The position numbers and the translations under genes were made by a program. DNA of 64,000 bases from Octopus sinensis (taxonomy: Eukaryota): assembly GCF_006345805.1 (NCBI RefSeq), contig NC_042999.1:39494001-39558000 (forward strand), read 5' to 3'. The notes below the pieces were generated by a model. It had not been told where the DNA came from. It was given only the letters and a program-made list of their open reading frames with translations, and did no database searches. Positions within the stretch are counted from its first letter, which is position 1. Each line of letters opens with the position of its first letter. Shown here piece after piece: positions 1 to 12,050 of the stretch.

Positions 1-573
1 ATCCATCTTACACAAATGAAGCTTTTACATTTACAAGTACGCTGAATACATTTTCCTCATTTCTTTTTAATTAATTTATATATCATAATAGCTCATTTAG
101 TTTTACAACACTGATTAATCTTGTCGCAACTGGTATTATAAAATTTCTTTCCTAGACAATGCCTGTGTTATATATTTTTATTTTATTAGTGCCTCAGTTT
201 TGGATTTCCCTGTTTATTTCACAAGAATAGGTGATAATTTTGCGCTGTTGGAGATTCGTAAACTAAAAAAAAAATTTGTCGATAAAGTATTATCTTATTA
301 TACTGAGCGCTAAATAATATCTCTAGCCTGAAACAATTGTTTTATTTATAGCAATACTCAAATGAAGCATACACATTATAATTGGGTATGTTGGGAAATC
401 TTAAAAATGGAACTAAAATTATATAGATACAATAAAATTTAAAATATGGCAAACTAACACTATACAATACATATTCAAATGATTGTATTTAAAATAGCAT
501 AAACATATTTTTTTCGTAAATGACAATGGGAGCTTGCACACACACACACACACACGCACACACACACACACAC

Positions 574-623
<50 letters not shown>

Positions 624-652
624 TATATAAATATATAATATAATATATATAC

Positions 653-687
<35 letters not shown>

Positions 688-836
688 TTATGTGAAATAG
701 AAAGATGAATAATCTTGTTGTAGATTAATCAAAAGTTAACCGATACCTTAGTAGCAAAAATCACAGCAGTAAACAGCACGGTTGGAGGTACAACCATCTG
801 GCGTTGCAACCGTGCGTTGGTGCGGATAATTGAAAT

Positions 837-1045
837 TAAAACATTATTGGTGAATTGAAGAAATGGAGCTGAACGCAGATTGAACGGAAATCGTTTTATT
901 TCATTCTACACGTGTTTCGAAAGGCACAAATTACCAATCGGATTTTGGTAATTTGTGCCTTTCGAAACACGTGTAGAATGAAATAAAACGATTTCTGTTC
1001 AATCTGCGTTCAGCTCCATTTCTTCAATTCACCAATAATGTTTTA
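837..1045. repeat. Fold-back palindrome, 101-bp arms, 7-nt spacer
   Basis: 837-937 is the reverse complement of 945-1045 with one mismatch; spacer TCGGATT. Confidence 0.95.
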
Positions 1046-1065
1046 TATATATATATATATATATA

Positions 1066-1186
1066 CGAATAGTGTATGAAAAGTTTTGTGCCTGCACGGC
1101 CTTTGAGCCTTGAAATTTTGTATCTTCATCAGAAGTCTCGTAACATTTTTTCTGTTTTAGGCTCAAGACTGTTCATAAACCCCTCG
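1066..1186. mobile_element. Mariner-type MITE (about 120 bp)
   Basis: Imperfect TIRs (TA)CGAATAGTGTATGAAAAGTTTTGTGCCT and AGGCTCAAGACTGTTCATAAACCCCTCG(TA); TA on both flanks. Confidence 0.7.
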
Positions 1187-1449
1187 TACATGTGTGTGTG
1201 TTAATTTGTATATACCATGATGAGAAAAAATTCTCAGTTATGTTTTTACGTTGATGAATATGAGGTGCATTCTTTCTTTATACGTTCCGAGCGATTAGAT
1301 CGTGGTGATGCTAGTTGCAGTTGTGCTTCATCACTGAAAAACATTCGCTTTCAGACGAATGCGAATTTATAAGAGACTTGATACATTAACATCATGTACG
1401 TTGAGTCACCAGGTGTTTCGGCATTATTTTGACTCAAAAAAGAAACCTC

Positions 1450-1980
1450 ACTCAGTTTCTAGCAAGATGCTGTGGCTGTTCTTCACTAATTTAGAATATT
1501 TACTCTTTTCGAAGTCAACCCATAGCAAACTCATCGCATACAAACGAACTATTCAAACTTATCGAATGATCAAAGGCAGAATTGAATTTCTGGAAATGAG
1601 AGGAAAATTACAAGCAGACATCTAAGAACGTGCAATAATCTAGGATAGAAAGAGTTTAAATACGGGCATGACTATGCCAGCCATAATCAAGTGTCAAGGA
1701 AATTCAGAACATTACGAAATATTAAGAGCTATGCAAAGATAATGGCACATTCTGAATAACAGCATCGTTGAACAAATATCATTTAAGAACCCACATTTGG
1801 CACACACATTTATTATCTTACCATGCAATATACACTATCATTGTATCTAGTTTATTTGATGACCTTACAGAAACCATAATTTTTTGTACAAAAGTAATAA
1901 TCGAAGTTCGAATACGCTGTATAATACATATTTTTAAGGCATTTTGTATGGCAGGACATTTGCTCACTGTACATGCTTGA
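1450..1980 (+). mobile_element. Degenerate Penelope-like element, region after the RT
   Basis: Broken translation FLEMRG...ERA..DRKSL...WHIL resembles the PLE RT-to-GIY-YIG linker; many stops. Confidence 0.4.
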
Positions 1981-2361
1981 TTAATTATGCTTTTCTTTAT
2001 AAGTTGCTTTTGAATGTATAATATACCATGACCATTTACGTGTTAATGTTTATCGTTTAGTTGTTATATGTCATTTTACCAATAATTACAACATAATGTA
2101 CGTATCCTAGATATGCATATCATATTTGTATCTCTATAATTTCTCATAAATGTCTTTATTAATTGTTTCCCCAAATTCTTCAGCTCCAGAAACGCATTCA
2201 AATTCACACTAAAAACATAGGGGGTGGGGTTCTGTACCTATTTTACAAATTACTTTTCTCCGCGTTACTTTTGGTTTTCTTTTCAATTATTAGAATAGTC
2301 TTATCCACTTCAAAGATCTCTCAATCTTTATCAATATCTTCAGTGTAATTTTATGATATTA

Positions 2362-2498
2362 TTCGTTTCATATAGTTGCAGGTGTCTGTGCGGGATAAAA
2401 AGCTTGATTCCCAACCATACGGTTTCGGTTGAATCCTAATGCCTAGTAATTTGTGCAGGGGTCTTTTATTTGGTAGGGGAAACTAAAAGAGGTCTGTC

Positions 2499-2557
<59 letters not shown>

Positions 2558-2680
2558 GTCTGTGTATATTTGTGTATGTGCTTGTCCCTCCTCTTTGTTT
2601 GAGAACCGATGTTGCTGAGATTATGTTCCCGTGTCTTAGCGGTCCGGCAATGAAGCCGGTAACACATGTAAAAGTTTAAA
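2362..2680 (+). mobile_element. Diverged SINE family A copy with internal (TA)n
   Basis: Head and tail similar to the cleaner copies at 7268 and 17996. Confidence 0.55.
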
Positions 2681-2855
2681 AGTAAGTGACACTGAAGATA
2701 TTGATAAAGATTGAGAGATCTTTGAAGTGGATAAGACTATTCTAATAATTGAAAAGAAAACCAAAGCGTTTATTCATTCGACTAAAATTCTTGAAGGCAT
2801 TTCACCGGTATGCTTACAATCGAATGACCGTAGCAAGTAAAAGATGACCCAATAA

Positions 2856-4530
2856 GTATCCTATTACTGGTGTGGAAAATGTTGGTGTTACTTTCGTCCC
2901 CATCGCAGTGCCTTGTATTTGTAGATAATATTGATTATGAAAAAAATATACTTGTGTTCCAGTACTCTCTGTAAACCTTCAATTATAGATTCTTCTCAGA
3001 ATCTCTCCTGAATTCTTTGTGGTTGTCTGTTTATCCAGAATTCTACTGCTTTTAGTCCATAGATGGGGAATATTTGTGTAGAGACTAGTTACGTCACAGC
3101 TAACTAGTATGATCTCTTTATCTACCCGTTGTGCGATATGTCATCTCTAAGGAGAATGGGACTAATCTGCATAAAGGTTTTAAAATCATATCCAACAACT
3201 TCCTTAATATTTGGGTGCTGGATGCTGATCCTGCAACAGTTGTTTGCAATTTGACATCAGTTGGTTTGTAAATCTTTATATTTGGAATAGAGAGGTATTT
3301 TTAGCTTTTGTTAATCTGTCTGGAATTATGGATTTTAGGTAGTTCATAAAAAGTACTTGTTTTCACTTCAAAATTAGTAAAGTTATATAACCCCTTGAAT
3401 TTGTTGGTAAATATGCCACTTTTTCTTATAGTTCGCTTAGCAGCATTGATATCTAGTTTTCTTTAGAATTGCTGGTCATTGACTCGTTCTAGGACCATTT
3501 CCCTGCAATGGGTCTTGTCTATTATTACAATGGCTCCTCCTTAATCAAATTCTTTAATGACTATAGATGAGTCTTCTTGTAGCCATTGTAATGCTTTTTG
3601 TTCCTCATCTGTAATGTTCTGTTTTACAGGGTTTACTGGAATGTTTGAGTTAGCAGACCTCTTCAGGTATATTATATATTCCTCCAGATGTTTGTGTCTG
3701 TTTATCAGAGGTTGAAAACCTGTTTTGTCCTGCACAAGCGACGGATAATCGTTGTGATTGTTTTGAAAGAACTCTCGTAAGGCGACGTTTTCTTCGAAAT
3801 TTCTCGGTATCTTTTATAAGGTTTGTTGATCTGGATTTAAGAGTTGGTAAAAATTTTAGACCATATTATAGAAATTTTATTTCACCTTTCATTAGATTCT
3901 CTCGGGAGAGGTAGGTTATTTTGGTGTCCAATAGTTAGTCAAATAGTTTCTTGACTCTTTGTATCATTAATGTTTTCTTTCGTTTTTCTTTGGATATCTT
4001 GTTCCCTAAACAATGAAGTGAGTCATTGGCATCTTGGCATTTAGTCATTCCGTTATGTTGGAACGGATTTACTCCATTGTTGTACCATCTATCTTGGTAT
4101 TTTCGACTGCTTTTAGGATTGTTGTGTTTTAAAAATAGAATCATTGGTTCCTTCACTCTCAGTCATTCCATTATGTTCAGAGGTATCTTCCTGATTGTTA
4201 TACTATCTACCTCGGTATTTCCGTCTGTTTTTTAGAATTGTTATGTGTTAGGAGGTTTGAGTTCGTTTGTATTCTTCGTATTGGTGTCGTTTTTCCGTTT
4301 GTTTTTCCGATGTTGATGTTAGCAATTTTTTGATTGTCGAGGATTCATTCTAAAAATGAAAAAGGTAGGAATTGTCACCCTTTGATTATTCTTGATATAG
4401 TTGATTATATTCAATCTTTTGGAGGACACATTATCAGAAAGACCTTTACTATTCGTTGATAAATTGTCAGAGTATGTAAATATTCTCCATATGATGCCCC
4501 TTAATCCTCTTGGGATTTTCTGATGCTATA
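2856..4530 (-). mobile_element. Penelope-like retroelement, RT pseudogene (N-terminal part to RT motif B)
   Basis: Minus-strand translations NITDEEQKALQWLQEDSSIVIKEFD*GGAIVIID and YYLQIQGTAMGTKVTP match the PLE/GIY-YIG-class RT motifs NLT.EE..AL..L....IVIKPADKGGAVV and YLQ..GTAMG; multiple stops and frameshifts. Confidence 0.85.
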
Positions 4531-5385
4531 TACACTACCGTATCGAGTTGATTAGTTATTTTCAGAAGTTGTTTTAAATTTAAATTTAAATGTACAAAGC
4601 AAATTCCATGCTTGCATTTTACTATATTTAAAACTCCAGTCTCATACCAGAGTAGCCACAGGATGAAATGTTTTAGGACATATTATTGGTGTAAATTGGT
4701 GTAAATTTAGAGTCACCGTAATTTTATTTATTGAACAATTGTGTCGTCATATTGACCCTGTTCCTCTACAATTTGTATAACATCCATATAACATTTTGCT
4801 ATAATACTAAGAACCAAAATAATGAGTCGGTCCCAAATGATATCTAGATCGATAGGTTCATATTAATGAATGTAGTGGGACAAATTTATTCCTGCTGAAA
4901 TAATATAAACACTGTTTACTAAAAGATAGCAGTATGCATCAGTAATTGGTGTTGAGATTTCATGAATGTTTTCACAAATCAAAAAGAAATGAAATATATT
5001 CAAAATAATATATTGAAATATATTTGATATGAAATAATTTTCAGATCGTACTCCAGAAATATTGCCAATTACCCTCTTGGGAAACGCATTTAATGCCTAG
5101 CCTACACATTAAGCGGAATGTTTAGCGGAGTATGTTGCTTTAAATTAGTAAAGTTGAATAAGAGTGTAGGAAGATTTATCACGTTATAAAATGCATCGGC
5201 AAAAGTTATATGAGTAACTAGCTGAAATCACGTACATGCTTATACACACACACAAATATACACACGTACATACACACACATAAGAACCTGAGGATTGTAT
5301 GAAGGCACCAGACCTGTTATAGAATGCAACGTTTGTTTTTATTTATTTGTGTATATATATATATATGCATATACATATACATATG

Positions 5386-5458
<73 letters not shown>

Positions 5459-5749
5459 CAGCAAAACAATTTAGATTCAAAAGATATTGTTAATAATTAA
5501 TTTAATAACTTTGTATTGTTGGAAAACATATATAATCTGCTTGGAATCTTACTTCAAGTTCCTGGAACTCACTTCTATAACTTTATAAGGACATTTACAC
5601 CCTCTAAGATGTCTGGAAAACCTATATGAAATTTAGCTGAAGAGTACTTGACATTATATTTGCTGTAATATTTGCAGCTTCAATAAAATGTTTATAGTAT
5701 GAAACAATTGTACTAAACTACTGATCCACTCTTGTTGCTTATTTTTGTG

Positions 5750-5825
<76 letters not shown>

Positions 5826-6929
5826 CATGTGTGTCTGTGTACATAAACACGTTCTTGTACATAAAATTAGCATAAATAGACACGAACACAAAGGCATTTA
5901 CATATATGCAACAGTCAGCAACTACCAAACACGGCTTACATAGAGACAAAAAGATAAAAAGTAGATATTAAATGCATCGATGCAGATTGGTACGCAGATG
6001 TATTTGAAAGTTTCCCTAATATCATGTGGCACAACGAGCATGTAATTTTTCTATTAAAAAAGTGTGAATAAAAAGTCACAGAAAACTCTTATCTTTTCGT
6101 AGCCCAACGTTGCTTCGGACGACCAGTAACTGATCGACACTCATATTCTGTCATATTATCCTTCTTCTTGATGTCTGTCAAAGCGGGAATTACTACAAAA
6201 TGTTACTTATTAGTGCATTTCTGTACAAATATGAATACTGATACATTTAAGTGCATACCCAGATTATATTCACATGCAGTAAAACATACAACTTCATTAT
6301 TGCACTTATCCATTGCATATACGAATGGGTGTGGAAATATGTAAGTATTCACATCCATATATGTATTATACATGTGATACATAAGCAAGACGCTTAGAAA
6401 ATTATGCAAATAATAGTTGAGAAATATAATAATGCTCAAATATCTATGGCTGATAAATCGGGTCAGGTAGTGCATACGATATTGAGCGAAAATTCTTCTA
6501 TTTTTCCAAAATACCTATAATTTAAATATATCATATTCAATCGTTGGGGTTGGTGCGTTTCAATTTTGGGTTTCAATTAATTAAAACCATGTTTGAAAAT
6601 AACTTATCACTACCTATCAACTGCTTCGATAATATATATGCATGCATACATACACAAATATGTATGTATGCATGTATGTATATATGTATGTATAAATGTA
6701 TGTATGAATGTTTGTATCTATTTCTCTATCTATATATCTGTGAGGAGTGTGAAGTTGAAGAGGGAAGGTAAAGTACGGTGGCGTGGGCGGGAGCAAGAGA
6801 ACGAGCCGGGTTGGAAGGTTGGGTTAGGGAAGAAGCTGTGGAACAAGAAGTCTTATAGTCCGTGGCCTCGTTCGAATGTGTGTGTGTGGTGTGTGTGTGT
6901 GTGTGTAGATACATACATACATACATACA

Positions 6930-6962
<33 letters not shown>

Positions 6963-7267
6963 TCAATATGTTATATTAATTATCATACTTACTGTTACTC
7001 ATTAAAGCGCGTAAGATGGATTGAATGAAATTTTCGTGGGTTGTTTAATATGATCTCTAAATAACACGATGTATCGCCCCACGGTGGTGGCGTTCCTATC
7101 TCTGTAAACAGGACGCGTGAATACATAGACAGCTAATAATTATGATCTTTAAAAAGTATTAGTTAGTCTCACGAAAATGTTGAGCAATGTTTGACAGACA
7201 TGCTCTTGACGCTCTTCTCTGTAAAGAATGTAGACACATAACAGAATATACAGAGAATATATCGACA

Positions 7268-7413
7268 GGCGCAGGAGTGGGTGTGTTATAAGTAGCTTGC
7301 TTACCAACCACATGGTTCTGGGTTCAGTTCCACTGCGTGGCACTTTGGGTAAGTGTCTTTTACTAAAGCCTCGGGCTGACCAAAGCCTGGTGAGTGGATT
7401 TTGGTAGATGGAA

Positions 7414-7466
<53 letters not shown>

Positions 7467-7680
7467 TGTGTGTGTTTGTGTGTCTGTGTTTGTTTCCCCA
7501 ACATCGCTTGACAACCGATGCTGGTGTGTTTACATTCCCGTAACTTGCCGGTTCGGTAAAAGAGACCGATAGAATAAGTACTAGATTTACAAAAAAAAAA
7601 GTCTTGAGGTCGATTTTCTCGACTAAAGGCGGTGCTCCAGCATGGCCGCAGTCAAATGACTGAAACAAGTAAAAGAGTAA
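7268..7680 (+). mobile_element. SINE family A (tRNA-like head, internal TA/TG microsatellite)
   Basis: Head GGCGCAGGAGTGG..GTAAGTAGCTTGCTTACCAACCACATGGTTC.GGGTTCAGT, tail GACTGAAACAAGTAAAAGAG; repeated about 12 times in the window. Confidence 0.9.
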
Positions 7681-8611
7681 AATAATTTTGTATTCGCCTG
7701 AAATAAACCCAAATCAACGAATTCTATACTCGTCCTAGTCTAACGCAATATTACATTATATCTTTGCTCATACATAGTATATATATTCCATTATTTTTCA
7801 AGTCATATCTACAAGAAGCAATTCAATAACATATAAATCAAGAAATATAGAGAAATGTTAATCTGCTCTGCTGACTGTTGAGTTGTTCGAATGATCACTC
7901 CTATTTCCAATATTATGAAAACTTTGAAAATGGAAGATAGAAAACAAAACAGGAAAAACATTCAAAGCAATTGTGATTGCATTCGTAAAGGCAGTTTGTC
8001 TATTGCAAATTGCGTGTACACTTATTGAACGGCGAATTTCGATCTATGACATAACTTCTTCACCTAAAATTGCCTGCAGAGAAGTAACTAAGATCCAACT
8101 ATTCAAAATCTTATGCATTCGAAAGCAATCGATATAGGGTTATGCACAGTCGTACATTTAACAGAGAATAACAATATATCGTCCTAATTCAACCCTTCAC
8201 ATGAACCTGTTTACATGCAAGTAGCTCAAGAAAATAAACGGCTATATCATATGACACTGACAGTTTTACTGCTGGCAAAAGAATATTTTGATATGGCGTT
8301 ACAATACAGGTGGATAATATTTAAAAATCAGGTCTGTGGAGAGAAAATTATAATTTCTTGTCAGTTTATCTTGTTAACATAGTGTGATACACAGGTTTCT
8401 TTGGAAATTTTACTTCATTTACGATGAGAAAATGCCTGCACATATACTGCATGTCGCTGAATGTAAAATATATTTGCGAATATATGCTTGCACTAGAAAA
8501 AATAATATTGAAGTGATTAAACGTCACTAGAATAAACCTATTCATATATTTTTCCCTTCATGCACTACCCAAGTAGCTATGTCTCCCTCCCTCTCTGTTT
8601 CGTTGTATATG

Positions 8612-8735
8612 TTATTCGTCAGATGTCAGAATCGTTAGCTTGCCGGCAAAATGTTCAGTGGCGTTTCAACCACCTTTACTTCCTGAGTTCAAATTTCACC
8701 GGCATCAACTTTCCCTTTCATCTTTTTGATGAATG
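8612..8735 (+). mobile_element. Diverged SINE family B fragment
   Basis: GTCAGAATCGTTAGC...TTCCTGAGTTCAAATT is similar to the copies at 31194 and 56304. Confidence 0.55.
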
Positions 8736-8857
8736 CCAGTCGAGAAGCGGGGTGAATGTAAACGACCTACTACTCAACCGAAATTGCTAGCCTTGTGCCA
8801 AAATTTGGAAATCAGTATTGAAATACGCTGTAACATACCTTTTATTAAGTGGTTCAA

Positions 8858-8888
<31 letters not shown>

Positions 8889-9139
8889 ACAAAGTTGAGT
8901 TGTGGGGTATCGCACGAGTGGAATTATATACGAAAGAAGGTTTGAAAATGAAATTTAAAAGATGTTTATTTTACTTAACCGGTTTCATTCTTTGGAAAAA
9001 GATTGTCAAAAGTAGCATAGAGTATTATGAATTCCAACAAATTTACATAATTGCCACATTACATGTATATATACAGTCTTTGGTAACAGGGACATGTTAA
9101 GGACATAAAGTAAATAAATTGCATTTTCAAACCTTCTTT

Positions 9140-9225
9140 CGTATATATATATATATACATACATATTATATATATATATATATATATATGTATGCATGTA
9201 TGCATGTATGTATGTATGTATGTAT

Positions 9226-9271
<46 letters not shown>

Positions 9272-9370
9272 TGTATGTATGTATGTATGTATGTATGTAT
9301 GTATATATATATATTATATATATATATAATATATATATATATTATATATATATATATATACATATATATA
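9140..9370. repeat. Compound (TA)n/(TATG)n microsatellite
   Basis: Direct inspection. Confidence 0.95.
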
Positions 9371-9543
9371 CTTTACCACACATCGAACTTTTAGAAATAG
9401 CAGCCAAAGAGTTTAGCTGTAAAGTAAAGTTTTGCTGAACCCTAATTATATAAAGTAATGTTTTAAATATACTGTAAATGGTATCTTTACATACTGAACA
9501 CTGGTTGGTAAAATTATTAATTACTAATTAATTAATTTTATCC

Positions 9544-9576
<33 letters not shown>

Positions 9577-9970
9577 TATTATATTATTATTATTATTATA
9601 TTAATTGTTCCACGTCCTCGCGTTGCTGTTTCTCTTTTTTTCTGTGTTTTCTTGTTTGGATTAACTATATATATATATATATATATATATAATTTCAACA
9701 ATTGAGGGCAAAATTAATTAATTATTAATCAATTTCACCAAGTGTTCAGTATGCAAAGGGACCATTCAAGGCGAATTCAAATTATTACATTATATAAAAG
9801 GGCTTAGTAAAATAAATTACTTTGCCGCATACTGAACTCATTAGAAATAGCAGCTAAAAAACTTTTTTAAAGCTATTTCTAATACTTAAAGAAAATCTCT
9901 CTCATATATAGTGTTTGCTTAATTCAACTCACAAAAGTTGGACATCGAAAAATCAAATGCTAAGGTTATT

Positions 9971-10022
9971 TGAGAACGTACGTTTCAAGATTAGTCAAAA
10001 CAACATTTCTATCATCAGCTCA
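9971..10022 (-). ncRNA. Minimal type I hammerhead ribozyme motif (left arm copy)
   Basis: Exact reverse complement of the 10235-10286 motif. Confidence 0.6.
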
Positions 10023-10234
10023 GAAATTCCTTGGTTTGGATTTGGAAACACTGAAAATAAGAACATACCCTTTCGAAGATCCGCTCGTAACTAACAGTGC
10101 CAACAAATTCAAATAAGCAAGCGAAGAATCTCTGTTCTCCCCTTTCCAATTTGTTGGCACTGTTAGTTACGAGCGGATCTTCGAAAGGGTATGTTCTTAT
10201 TTTCAGTGTTTCCAAATCCAAACCAAGGAATTTC

Positions 10235-10286
10235 TGAGCTGATGATAGAAATGTTGTTTTGACTAATCTTGAAACGTACGTTCTCA
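10235..10286 (+). ncRNA. Minimal type I hammerhead ribozyme motif (right arm copy)
   Basis: TGAG-CTGATGA-(25 nt imperfect stem II)-GAAA-C-GTAC-G-TT-CTCA. Core intact, palindromic GTAC loop in stem III, GUU cleavage triplet, stem I TGAG/CTCA. Confidence 0.6.
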
Positions 10287-10482
10287 AATAACCTTAGCAT
10301 TTGATTTTTCGATGTCCTTACCCCCAAACTTTTGTGAGTTGAATTAAGCAAACACTATATATGAGAGAGATTTTCTTTAAGTATTAGAAATAGCTTTAAA
10401 AGAGATTTTTAGCTGCTATTTCTAATGAGTTCAGTATGCGGCAAAGTAATTTATTTTACTAAGCCCTTTTATATAATATATA

Positions 10483-10517
<35 letters not shown>

Positions 10518-11524
10518 CCCAGGAAGCCCATGTGCATCACGTCAGGCTGGAGATGGGAATGATGACTTACCTTTGCAATTACTGATAAGGCACAGATAGT
10601 GTGTCAGTAGGCAGCTGGAGATGTCTTTCTGGAGCTACAAGCTACAGTAGCATCGACTTTTAAGGGCTAGTCACATTCACGTGTCGTCCTTGCTAATGTA
10701 GTGGCCACTGGGGGAGCTGCTGTAGTTGCTGCTGCTATTAGGTTCAACCAGTACCTCACCTTCATTGAAATTTCCTGTACATGTGTACACGTTGAATGCT
10801 GAAGATAGAAATTATATATTAAAATAAGTCACGTGTCCATGAACTTAAGTACTCAATATTTTTTGCAATAGAAATGCACTTAAGCAGTGTTTTTAAGGAT
10901 TGCAAGATGATTCATTTACAAAGAACATGTATACGTTTTGGAACAGATTTTCAGTACCAATCGGAGGAAATGCTTATTAAAACAATTGAACATATGGATG
11001 CAGCTGGAAATTGAAATGTTATATTCTACGACATAGAAGTAACAGAAAGCAAAAATATCAAAGAAGGTGGTATTAAATATATTTTATTACTTGAAAATAT
11101 AATAAAGCATGAAACGGAAATCCGACATAAATGCAATCAGAGTTAAAGCTGTAGCCATGCTTATAAATTTATCTGCTAACTAACTTTATTGAGAGAACAC
11201 AGTAACAGTGATGATATATTGTGAGGAATCTAATATTGGGTAGCATTAAGATAAATGAAGTGATGAAAATGTTAAACGAATATATAGAGTGTTGAGATCA
11301 AATTTATTCAATCTTACCCTCAAAGGCAACGAAAATGCAGCATGTGTAGATTACATTCCGCTCTATGTCAAATATAATTTCTAATATAGTCATTCAAATC
11401 AGTGAAGCAATACAGAGAATCTCTATGTTAACTACGATTACAATAAGGATAATGAATGTAAGATATAGCTTGAGATGGACAGTAAGAATATTGACGTCGG
11501 ATATATAAGAATAGCATTGAAACG

Positions 11525-12050
11525 ATGGATGAGGTGGGTTTGTATGACGATGCTAATGTAGATCATAATGATGATAATGACGACAAAACGATGACGACGA
11601 CGACAATGGCAACGCTGGCTACGACGACAATGATGATAAACATACTCATATCAATGATCATAGACGCGAGGATAATAGTGATGATTATGAACACGATAAT
11701 TATGAGAAAGATGAAATGTATAGCATGTTGATGAAGTAAGAATTATGACGATCATTCATGTCCGTAGAAATAATGATAACCTTTGAAAAGAGAGGGATTC
11801 GTCATATCCAAAATTACTGGTCAATCAACATAACAATCATCTTAGTCATATATATACTAAACCATCATCATCATCATCATCATCCTCATCATCATGTTCT
11901 TCATCATTATGATTATCATGGTCATCATCAGCATTATGATCCCCCTTCTGTTCCTGATCACCATCATCGTCGTCGCCATTATCATCATCACCATCCTCAG
12001 CATTATTAATGACTAGCATCAGCATCCGATTTCTCTTCGTCAGCCGTTTT
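11525..12050. repeat. Degenerate (GAT)n block followed by a (CAT)n block
   Basis: Direct inspection; source of the His-, Asp- and Thr-rich ORFs. Confidence 0.85.

Larger units (their letters stand above)
9789..10477. repeat. Long fold-back inverted repeat of a PLE-associated repeat (about 320-330 bp arms, 38-nt spacer)
   Basis: 9789-10109 is the reverse complement of 10148-10477, with a short indel (about 9 nt) and a few substitutions. Confidence 0.95.

Noticed and set aside
6735-6885. G-rich island with a GC-box-like GGGCGGG and one TTAGGG
   Set aside because: Too short and unspecific to call a promoter, G-quadruplex or telomeric relic.
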